From Basidiobolus meristosporus CBS 931.73 (Eukaryota; Fungi; Basidiobolomycota), in NCBI GenBank assembly GCA_002104905.1, contig MCFE01000826.1, forward strand, positions 1-33,044: 33,044 bases of DNA. The letters run 5' to 3'. The notes beneath the pieces were generated by a model that saw only the letters and a list, made by a program, of their open reading frames with translations, was not told the origin of the DNA and made no database searches. Positions 1 through 10,408 of the stretch are shown here, piece by piece (within the stretch, counting starts at the first letter, position 1; each line of letters begins with the position of its first letter). A program made the translations under genes and the position numbers.

Positions 1-57
1 CTGTTCCAAGGGAGAGGTTAGCGGACGGCTTGGCGGGATGAGTAGGAGTGCACTTAC

Positions 58-809
58 ACGACGTAGAGGTCAATCCCGTCTTGGATCAATTGGTTCGATA
101 CATCCTCAGCGTCGGCAAAGTTGATGGGTGATTCGGCGCTCGTCAGGAGTACCATGCGCTTGGTGTATCGTCTTTGTTACAGTGCTGTTGCATCATGTCG
201 ATCCCTACGATTATCGCATCCAGTGCTACCGTCCGACGTACCGACAGGCTCAAGTTAGCTTGGTGAAGTGGTTTCCCGAAAGGTGGTGACCGGTGGACCT
301 ACCATCCGCCTCGGCGTTCCCCTTGGCCAGCTGGGAGGTCATCATAAGTAGAAGCTCCAGGTCGACGTTCTTCGGTTCCCTTAGGACGGAAACGTGCTGG
401 TACTCGTCGTTAAACGCCAGAATATTGTCCGTCTCTACACGTAAAAAAATCCAAGAAAGTGTAAGGATCACCTTCGTGCTCAGTCAACACCACCCAACAT
501 GCACTGCCAGCCCCCTCGGCAGAAAAATTACCATCGCTTCCGAACACCACGAACGCCACCTCCTCGCTCTTCTTCGGGTGGCTCAGCTATGGTAGTTCCA
601 TAAGAAACCAGGTTAGCTAGGTCTGGGTTAGGACCGGGGTGAGCCCCGTCGCTCACTCCTCAAACTTCTCTTGGTGTGGGTACCTTGGGGTGCAGCATGA
701 GCTCCAAGATCTCCGACGCCTTGCTCAGGTACGAGGACTTCCCAAGGTCCCCGTCTTTCCACATGCCTGGGCCGACGTCCAATATGTACATCGTTAACTC
801 TTTGGACAT
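58..809 (-). CDS. KU80: Ku80 (XRCC5) NHEJ DNA end-binding subunit, N-terminal vWA domain, exons 1-4; the gene continues beyond the window start
   Basis: Manual splicing gives exons 684-809, 532-586, 303-434 and 58-225. Introns 587-683, 435-531, 226-302 and 1-57 are all GT..AG, and introns 587-683, 226-302 and 1-57 have GCTAAC branch points. Translation: MSKELTMYILDVGPGMWK...EEVAFVVFGSDETDNILAFNDEYQHVSVLREP...AEADALDAIIVGIDMMQQHCNK/RYTKRMVLLT...GIDLYVV. This follows the known Ku80 vWA pattern (DVG, E+ALVLFGTD.TDN, YQ.I.V, DFLDALIV..D). One base is missing at 173-175 (see findings). Confidence 0.9.
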
Positions 810-1435
810 GGTTGGTCGATTCTTTCGGGTTGGCTACGTGGTTTCCTTCTTCAAACCGTTTGTTTATTTCCTGGTCATGAATCCTCCCTCGGGTCACGTG
901 GACACAGGTGTCACACCTTTCCCACCGCAGGTGGTGATCAAAATTCGGTTTGGATCACGGAGCCTGCCGAACAAACCCCCTACCCATGAATCCGGCCCAA
1001 TGGATGGATGTAGTAGTAATATGTCTGGGAGAAGCACCACTGTCATGTGCCAACCATCCACGCATTTGTATCGATTCTTTAACCGCATGCAGACTAGGCT
1101 ACCTTGATTGGGGTCCATTTCTGTTTGAATATATCAAGCTTGGATGTTTCTCCGTAGTTTTGCTGGTATCCCCAATATCTCTTGAGGTATCCTCTGGCAA
1201 CTAAAATACCCCAATTGCTTTGAACCTGTGAGATACCATGTGGCCTCACTTCAAGCTTTGCATATGGAATGGACTGACCACAGTATGAAGATTCCACATG
1301 GCCACCAAAGCCAAACTGCAGTATTCCAGCCAAGGGATATATTTCTGTATCAATATATTTCATTGCAAGTCAGCTTCACACCTTAGACAAAAGCCCTTAC
1401 TAATCAGTGTCCTGCATATATATGCATTTTCAATA

Positions 1436-1545
1436 TGTTATAGGAGAATGGGAGATATTGGAAGTGGCTGGTAGAGCATACCAATTATATGGTTTCCACT
1501 CAGACATTCTTAATTGTCAAAGTGTTGTTTAACACATGATGGTAT
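1436..1545 (-). mobile_element. Highly diverged fragment of the copia LTR family 1
   Basis: tgttataggagaatgggagatattggaagtgg...attatatggtttccactc aligns with the first ~100 bp of the LTR at 6635; similarity fades after that. Confidence 0.45.
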
Positions 1546-1583
1546 CATGGTGGTATCAGGGTTAGATGTTGTTAGCCACATTA

Positions 1584-1918
1584 TGTTGTAAATTTGTATT
1601 TACACCTAAATATTCACCTAACTGGGTCACTTCAATCAATGTACACAAATCTTGGAGAATTCTAGCCAAATTCCTTATTGGCATTTAATTAAAATATTTC
1701 CACCAAAATATCATGTATGCAGAACAAAAACATTCTCAGGAATTTCCAAACATTGCACATATACGCTTGAGACCTTCCTAGATATATTCTACAAATTTGC
1801 TTTGCCAAAACCATGCAGAAGTAAATAGACTACTTTTATGCTGAATAAATTACCAAGTGAAACAGCAAAATCTACTTAATCTACCAATCACTTTGATATC
1901 TCTAAGACTCTTACAACA
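1584..1918 (+). mobile_element. Solo LTR, copia family 1, opposite orientation to the other copies
   Basis: Starts TGTTGTAAA and ends TTACAACA. Reverse complement aligns along its length with LTR 6635-6982. Near-perfect 5-bp TSD catta/tatta. Confidence 0.85.
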
Positions 1919-2235
1919 TATTACAATATTCTCTTTGTGCCATATTTCTGATGAGTTGCATTAGTTAATGATCTAACATGAAAGAACTGCAGGTCCTTAA
2001 ACCCCCATTTCTAATATTGACAGAAACATGATGCTTTCCTGGCCAAAATAGCACAATATTGACTGGTAGATGAACTAACAAGCCCACTTGGATCCACAAA
2101 GTACCTACAGAAATCATTTCCTCTGTCATTTTTGCACCAGGAGCTGGGGTTGTGCTGAAGTCAGGTTGGTTAAAGTTGAGAGGAGAGCCAAGTTGATAAT
2201 GCACACAAATGATAACTGACTACAATGAATGCATT

Positions 2236-3879
2236 AAAAGGCTGTGACAAAACCTAAATCCCACAACTAAGAGGTATTAATGCCATTTGGTCATCATTCA
2301 GAGACCACTATGCAAAATTGCACCCTAGATTTCACAAAAAACTTAGTCAAAATTGTTCATCATAACAACACATCAGTAGCTTTTAATGCTGTAAGAGTCT
2401 TGGAGATATTGGAAGTGATTTTGGACAACAAGAAGATTATGTGGTTTTCACCAAATGATTTATTGAATGTAAAAGTAGTATTTATACTTTTAGATGGTCT
2501 TGGCATTACAAACACACAGCATAGGTTAAGGAAGGTCTCAACAACACATGTACAAAGTTTGGGGCTGTTTGGACACCTTTGAGAATTTTCATGATCTGGG
2601 CAAATATTCTAAGTAAATCCTGACAAGGAATCTGGTCAGTATTCTCTAGGATTTGAAGGTAAGGATCTAAGTGACTAAGTTGGGTGAGTATTTAAGTGGA
2701 ATTACAAATTTTTACAACATTTAATTAGTTCCCAGCCAGCTTTCTAACTTTCTGATCCCAGACACTTGATCACATCCCACATTTGTGTACATTGATTGGC
2801 TATTGCTTCTTTTTCACACTCTTTACTTCCAGACTCAAACAATGCTCTTACTTTTCATGCATACAAACTGGTTTATTTCCTTTCAAGCATATGTTATAAC
2901 TCAATTTCAAATTGTACTGACCTATACAAGTCCCTATACTCAAGACTAACATTGAGCCAAACCCCACACTCTGCAAGTAACTCTATTAAAATCCACCATT
3001 CAATAAGTATGTCTGCCAAAATGCCCTTTTTCCATGACTTTGGCAGGAACCCCACCACTTTATACCATAGTTCACTCACTGTTTCCCATATGTCCTGGTC
3101 TTCAGCCAGCACTGCAAGGTCTAACACCCCATATGCCAGTCTTTACACAAAATCCTTGCAGTATTCAGGTGCATTCTCTTGAGCACTGCTCTTGAAGAAG
3201 TGCTGCAACCTCTTGGTGTGCCTATAAAAAGTCTGTCACAAATTTAAAGTCCTGAGACTAAGAGGTACTGATCCTGTTGGGACACTGTGCAGAGACCATC
3301 AAAAGTAATTGCACCCCAGATTTCACAAAAAACTTGGTCAAAATTTTTCATCACAACAACACATAAGTGGCTTTTGATTGATTCCTTGCCAATTTGCCCA
3401 CTTTTGGATCCCAGACATTTGAGCACCTCCTATGCATGTGTACATTGATTGGCTATTGCCTCTTTTTCATGCTTCTTACTTCCTGACTCAACCATTTCTC
3501 TTACTTTTTTTTGTGTACAAATTGATTGATTTCTGTTAAAACTTCAGTTGTACCTCAGTTGCCAATTGTATAAACCAATACAAGTCCCTATACCAAAGAC
3601 TAACATTAAGCCCAACCCCACACTCAACAAGTAGCTCCATTAAAATCCACCACTCAATAAGTATTTCTGCTCTAACACTCTGTTCCCATGACTCCAATGG
3701 GAACCCAACAGCTTTATGCCACTGTTCATTCACTGGTTCCCACACATCTTGGTCTTCTGCTGGCACTGTAAGGCCTAGCTCCTCATCTGCCAGTCTTTGC
3801 AGCAAATCCTTGCAATATTCAAGTGTTTTTTCTTGAGCACTGCTCTTGAAGAAGTGCTGCAACCTCTTGGTGTGCCTAT
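2236..3879 (-). repeat. Tandem duplication of a ~650-bp coding module ('Z'): unit 1 2236-3225 (contains a solo LTR), unit 2 3226-3879
   Basis: The two units align throughout once the 333-bp LTR and one TSD are removed. Peptides match (AEDQDVWEPVNEQWHKAVGFPLESW.. versus AEDQDIWETVSELWYKVVGFLPKSW..). Confidence 0.85.
2387..2719 (-). mobile_element. Solo LTR, copia family 1
   Basis: tgctgtaagag...tttttacaaca, homologous to 6635-6982 with a small internal deletion. Perfect 5-bp TSD TTTAA (2382-2386 and 2720-2724). Confidence 0.9.
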
Positions 3880-4368
3880 TACTGTTCCAAAATTCCACTG
3901 AAGGCATTGTGATAGTGTTTTGAGTACTTGATGTTGTAGCCTTGTCTGTCAGTGGGATCTCCACTCTGTCAACAGTGGAGGATGTGGAGGCTGTGGTAGA
4001 CAAGTTGCCTTTCTTTGCAAACTCATCTACCTTTTGTTTTGTATGCTTCCCTGTCTTAGGCTTGGGTAGACATTTTTCCCTTTCCCTTTTCCTTTATCAC
4101 TGCCAGGTCTTTCACTGCTACTTTGTCTGAGTGCTTCTTGTAATGTACTACATTTTCTCCTTGATAAATTCTGCTCTGATGCATCTGTTGTGGCCTGCTT
4201 GTCTCTTGCTGGCACTCTCCTGGCAACTTGACATTTCTTTACTGCTTGTTTCAAGCTCTCAGCTGTAGTTGTGAGAGGCTCCTGAGAAAGCCACTGAGTA
4301 TTTATCACTGTCAGGTTCTTCACTGCTACTTTGACAGAGTGCTTCTTGAGTAGTACTACACTTTTTCC

Positions 4369-5836
4369 TGTTGTAAGAGTGCTGGAGATATTGAAAGTGA
4401 TTTGGGAGAACAAATAGACTATGTGATTTTCCCTAATTGATTCATTGAATATAAAAGTGGTATTTATACTTTTACATGATCTTTAAAATTTACTTGGATA
4501 GTTCCTTCTCCCACTGCATCAAGTGTTCTATTGTCACCCATGAAAACCTTCTTAATGTGAATTTCTTCATATTGGGTAAAAAGTACTTTCTAGTGTGTAA
4601 AGTGTTAAGATGCTCCAGAGTCAATATACCACATCTGAGAATCCTTGTTTATGGTCATATTCATTGCAGATATGAATAGTCTGTTTTCAGTTCTTGCAGC
4701 ATTTCCATATTCAGGCTTTTTCTGCTGACTATCTCTTTTTTTGAAGTACCGGTCTGATGTGTCCTTTCCTTTTGCAGTAGTTACAAAGCAGGTTGCTTTT
4801 GCCTTTGAAAGGTCTTGAGTGTCTCCTTTGTTGGTGATCATTGCTTATTATAGCATTTTATTCTTTCTTATTAGTGATTGATTTTTTTAATTCTTCATCC
4901 CAGAGCCTTCCATGTACATAATTTAAGGTCTGATCTTCAGCTCTTGACTCAAGGGGTGATACAAGGCCCTGATACTTGTCTCTCAGGCTATTCAGGATGG
5001 TTACTATCCCATCCTCTTCAGTAGTTGGTACACTCACATATTCCATCTCATCCACTAGCAGGGTAATTCTGTTAATTAAGTTTCTCATTTATTCTCCTGG
5101 CAACATCTTTGTAGCAAAGGATTTTTGTCTAAGATACACTTCCTTAGCAGCTGAACATGACTGGTACTTGTCTTCTAATGCCTTCCCGGCATTCTTAGCC
5201 ATTTTTGCTCTTGAGCATTGAATTAGCAATTGGTCTTTAACATTAAGGCAAATGCAGTTTAAGGCACTTTGTTCTTTCTTCTGGTACTTTAAGGCTTCCT
5301 CTCCCATGTCTTTAGGAGGGCATTCTTCTCCCATGACAATATCCCAATGGCCTCTCACTTGTAGCAGCATCTTCATCTTCACCTTCCACCATTGGTAATT
5401 TGATCCATCCAACTTTTCAGCAGAGAGAATATTTCCAGTGATAGCGGCAGTGGACATTGCAGAGAGTGACAGCTTGGGGCTCACAACCTGTTGTAAGAGT
5501 CTTGGAGATATTGGAAGTTATTGGGAGAACAAGTAGATTGTGTGGTTTTCACTGAACAATCTATTGAATGAAAAAGTAGTGTTTATGCATTTACATGGTC
5601 TTGGCATTACAAACACATAGAATAGGCTCACAAAGATCCCAAGAACATGTATGCAAAGCTTTGGGCTGCTTAGACAGCTTTGAAAATTTTCATGTTCTGG
5701 GTACCTGGTATTTTGGTGAAATATTCTAAGTAAATCCCAACATAGAATTTGGTAAGTATTCCCTAGGATTTGAAGGTAGTGATTGAAGTGAATAAGCTTG
5801 GTGAATATATAGGTGGAATTACAAATTTTTTCAACC
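4369..5836 (-). mobile_element. Copia-B: internally deleted Ty1/copia element (5' LTR 5489-5836, PBS, gag, start of protease, truncated 3' LTR 4369-~4480)
   Basis: The LTR is followed on the minus strand by GGTTGTGAGCCCC. Gag-like ORFs 5089-5484 and 4858-5088, zinc-knuckle remnant and protease motif WYIDSGAS (4605-4841). Near-matching TSD tttcc/attcc, and gene X rejoins across it. Confidence 0.9.
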
Positions 5837-6982
5837 ATTCCTTGATTAATGTTGTGATGGTGCATCTGTGTCTACCTACTTGTGCCTTATTGGCACTCTT
5901 CCAACTACCTGACATCTCTTTGACTCTTGTTTGAAGCTTTTGGCCCTGCTTGTAACAGGCTCTTGAGAAAACCACTGTTTTTTTTAGCCATGGCACCCTT
6001 GTGCTTCTGCCTTTTATAGTTTCTGCTATTCTTTTGATTCTTTGTTAGCATACCAATGCTGGCCCAAAAATTGTTTGCCCATTTGACTTCAAGATAATGC
6101 TCATGGAACAAGTCAAGCACATTCCACTTGGCCTTGAGTTCCCAATGGTGCCATGGCATGCCGGCCTTAAGGTGATGGCATACTAGACTTCTGACAGCCT
6201 CCTGAATATTAGCCCACTCTTCTTTATAGCACTCATTGGCTTTACAGATCTTCAGTGTCTTTTGATTTTTAGGCTTTGGTAGAAACACCACATTGTTTCC
6301 CTCCTATGCTGTGATAGGTTTTTCTGTGGGCTTTATCTTTGGGCACTGTTGTTGTGCTTCAATGACTGTACAGTGTGCCTCTGCTGTTATATTAGGAAAT
6401 GGCTCAATTCATGGCTGTGACATTAAGCTACTTGAGCTCCTTCTTTGTAACAAAGATACAGCTTTCTCTACCTTGGATATTGACTCCTCTACATGTATTA
6501 TCCAATCATCCTGTTTCTGGACTATTTCCTGATTTCTCTGGGCCATTGAACCAATCCTATCAGCCACTGCACCTTATTGCTTAATTGATGGTTTGGTATT
6601 AGCTGACAACATACTAGCTAATACAGGTGGTGGTTGTTGTAAGAGTCTTGGAGATATTGGAAGTGATTGGGAGAGCATGTAGATTATGTGGTTTGCACTT
6701 AATGATTTATTGAATGTAAAAGTAGCATTTATACTTTTACAGGGTTTTGGCATACCAAACATGTAGAATAGGTTAAGAAAGGTCCCAAGAACATGTCGCA
6801 AAGTTTGGGGCTGTTTGGACAACTTTGAGAATTTTCATGTTCTGGGTACCTGGTATTGTGGTGAAAATATTCTAAGTTAATCCAAACACGGAATTTGGTC
6901 AGTATTCTCTAGGATTTGAGGGTAAGGATCTAAGTGACTAAGTTGGGTGAATATTTAGGTGGAATTACAAATTTTTACAACA

Positions 6983-6991
6983 CTCCCACTC
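6983..6991 (-). promoter_or_regulatory. Polypurine tract GAGTGGGAG of Copia-A
   Basis: Lies immediately before TGTTG of the 3' LTR on the minus strand, just after the RNase H stop. Confidence 0.75.
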
Positions 6992-8810
6992 AGCTAAATG
7001 TTCATACTGACTAGTCCTAATTTTGACCTAAAATATTCAAACTTGTCTCTAGCTAATAGTTTGGTGAATATGTCTGCAATCATTTCATCTGAGGGACAGT
7101 AAACTAAGCTAACTACGTTATTCTTTATGGCTTCACATATGAAATAATGTCTAATATCTATGTGCTTAGTTCTAGCATGAAACGTTGGATTTCTACCTAA
7201 TTGTATACATCCTTGATTATCTTGAAATAAAGTAATAGGCATTTTTTGACATTGGCCTAAGTCTGCAAACAGCTTTCTTAACCACATTGCTTCTTTTGTA
7301 GCTTCACAGGCTGCCATGTACTCTGCCTCAGTGGTAGAAAGTGCCACAGTTGGTTGCTTTCTTGAATTCCATGAAACTGCTCCTTGACAGTAAAGAAAGG
7401 TGTATCCTGTGGTGGATCTTCAGTCTTCTAAATTTTGTCCCCAATCAATATCAGAATATCCCATAAGATCCTGTTCTGAATCCTTACAAGTGTATCTTAA
7501 GCAGATATCAGCAGTTCCTTTTAGGTATCTAAAAATCTGCTTAACTGCTGCAGTATGATCAGATCCATAGTTCTGATTATGCTGGCAGACAGCTCCCACT
7601 GAATATGAGATATCTGGACATGTTCCAAGCATAATATACATCAGACTGCCAACCATTGACTGATAAGGAAAGTTGGGGCTTTCAGATGGCACCAAGCTCT
7701 CTTGATTTGGCTGAGTATTGACAAAGTTAAGGTTTGTCTCCATTAGGGTAACCTAAAAAAAAAGGCCAGCAAAATACCATCATAGTATCAGCTGAATTCC
7801 AAGTTTCTCAAAATTGACTACTCTCAATATCTCTTTTCTGAGCTGATGAGCATTCATTTGGATCAAATTTTTGTCATCATCTGATGTCATGTTTTGTGAA
7901 CATTTTGAATTTTCATCAAACAACACATCCCTGGACTTGATCAGCTTCTTTGCTTTGGTATAGTAGAGTCTGTATATCTTACTTTCATTGCAGTTGCCCA
8001 AAAATATGCATTTTACACTTTTGGCTAAAATTTTGACTGATATCCGGGCAGTTTTTTGGCATATGCTGTACACCCATATATTTTTGGATGTTCTGCACTT
8101 GGTCTGTATCCATACCATGTTTCAAATGGAGCAGAATCACCAAGTATTGTGTTATAACTCCAACTTTTAAGGTTTGCAGCAGTGGCAACTGATTCCGCCC
8201 AAAAATCATAGGTCAATTTTTGATCATGGATCAAAGATCTTGCTATATGAATTATTGATTTCTTAGCACATTCTGCTACTCCATTTTGCTGTGGGGAGTA
8301 TGGTACAGTAGTCTCTTACTTTATTCAATGAATCTGGCAGAAGTGGATGAAGAGCTTTGAGGTATATTCTCCACCATTGTTGGAGCGTATTTTCTTGATT
8401 TTTCCACCAATTTCTCTCTCCACCATGGCTTTAGGCTCCCTGAACTTAGACAGAGTCTCTTCCTTTATCTTCATGAAGTAGACCTATGTGTATCTTGTAT
8501 AATCATCAATGAAGGTGATTAAATACTTCATCCTGCCTAAGGATAAATTTTGCATAGGTCCACACAGATCTAAGTGAATTGGATCTATTTTTTCTTAGTT
8601 TTGATTAACCCAGAGCTCTTGAGTGATTGTCTAGCTTGTTTCCCATATATGCAGGCTTCACAGTGCTCCAAATTAGCTGGGGGATCAATTTTCACTCCAG
8701 AAATTGGCTGATCCTTGATCATTTTGCGCAAATAATCAAAATTGATTTGTCCAAATCTCCTGTGCCAAAGCACTGGTGTTTCTTCATTTAAGCTACTTAT
8801 ATTGGCTTAT

Positions 8811-9308
8811 TAACACCCATGCCAAGTTTCAGCTTCCTAGCTCAATTTCTAAGAGATTCCTTCTGGAACCTTCTATCACCTTCCAGAAAGTTCCTGAACA
8901 TTCCAAACCATTGTTAGACAATGGAACATTCCATGGAAGCTTCCCATTGTATTTTTCATAGTCCAGTACCATATATGAGAATATCAGGTCACATGACTTA
9001 GTCATATGATCAGGTGACCCAATCCATTTCCCCATCCTGTCTCAGTGCCTTGCCTTCAATATTATTATCCCCAGCACTGCTGCTGTGCCTTTCCCCACAA
9101 CCCCATTAGTATTAGCTAATATCTCTTGGCATCAGTATAGCCAAAAAGTATATATAGTCCTATCCCCCCCTAAGTATTCCTCAGTCTGATAAGCACAGGT
9201 CTTGAATAAACAGCCTTGCCTTGAATCCTGTCTTGCCTTGATGGTCCACACCTAAGTCCTTTCTTGCTGTGCCTAGCTTTTCCTCCTGCCTTGTGTCTAT
9301 TCAAAACA
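8811..9308 (+). mobile_element. Solo LTR, family 2 (5'-truncated), nested in Copia-A
   Basis: Aligns with 28775-29274. TATATATA and AATAAA on the plus strand, ends ...ACA. Interrupts the Copia-A frame after KNLLSVSKAT. Its first ~25 bp and adjacent copia sequence are missing. Confidence 0.8.
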
Positions 9309-10396
9309 GTGGCCTTGCTTACAGATAGTAGGTTCTTGGCTATTTCTGGTACATAGAGTACTTCTTTAAAGGTCAGTGTATGGCTTCCTTCACTGCTTCT
9401 TAGGTTTACTTGGATAGTTCCTTCTCCCACTGCATTGAGTGCTCTATTGTCACCCATGAAAACCTTCTTAATTGGAATTTCTTGATATTAGGTAAAAAGT
9501 TCTTTTTGGTGTGTAGAGTGTTGAGATGCTCCAGAATCAATATATCACATCTGAGAATCCTTGTTTGTGGTCATATTTAGTGCAGATATGAATAGTATAT
9601 ATTCAGTTGTTCCAGCATTTCCATATTCAGGCTTTTCTGCTGACTATCTTTCTTTTTGAAGCACTGGTCTGATGTATGTCCTTTCCTTTTGCAGAAGTTG
9701 CAAAACAGGTTGCTGTTGTCTTTGTAGAGTCTTGGGTACCTCCTATGTTGGTTATCATTGCTTATTGAAGCATTTTCTTCTTCCTTCTTATTGGCACTTG
9801 ATTTTCTTGATTCTTCATCCAGGAGCCTTCCATATACATAATTTAAGGTCAAATCTTCAGTTCTGGACTCTAGGGTTGATACAAGGCCCTGTAACCTGTC
9901 TGTCAGGCCATTCAGGATGGTCACTATCACATCTTCATCAGTAGTTGGTACGCCCACAGATTCCATTTCATCTACCAGCAGGGTAATTCTGTAAATCAGA
10001 TTTTTCATTTCTTCACCTGGCAGCATATTTGTAGTAAAGAATTTTTGTCTCTGATACATTTTCATAGCAGCTGAGCATAACTAGTAGGTGTCTTCTAATG
10101 CCTTCCAAGCATTTTTTGCCATTTTTGCTCTTGAACATTCAATTAGCAATTTATCTTTAACATTAAGGCAAATGCAGTTAAAGGCACTTTGTTCTTTCTT
10201 CTAGTACTTTAAGGCTTCCTCTCCCATGTTTTTAGGAGGGCATTCTTCTCCCATGGCAATATTGCAAAGGCCTCTTTCTTGTGGCAGCATCTTCAGCTTC
10301 ACCTTCCATACTTGGTTGTTGGATCCATCCAGCTTTTCAGCAGAGGGAAAAGTTCCAGTAATAGCAGTAGTAGACATTGCAGAGAGTGATAGCTTG

Positions 10397-10408
10397 GGGC
10401 TCATAACC
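10397..10408 (-). promoter_or_regulatory. Primer-binding site GGTTATGAGCCC (complement of the initiator tRNA-Met anticodon arm)
   Basis: Directly abuts the 5' LTR end (...TAACA|GGTTATGAGCCC). It is the reverse complement of GGGCUCAUAACC, the tRNAiMet anticodon arm as recalled from established sequence. Confidence 0.8.

Noticed and set aside
293-1204. ORFs 293-595(+), 628-897(-), 676-1107(+), 894-1118(-), 950-1204(+)
   Set aside because: They overlap Ku80 exons, introns or promoter in other frames in GC-rich DNA and have no recognisable motifs. They are chance open frames.
1094-1363. 89-aa minus ORF; another frame gives WPCGIF...KLRRNI, faintly like KDZ/Zisupton transposases
   Set aside because: The resemblance needs stops and frameshifts and rests on a few residues. 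It cannot be supported without a profile search.
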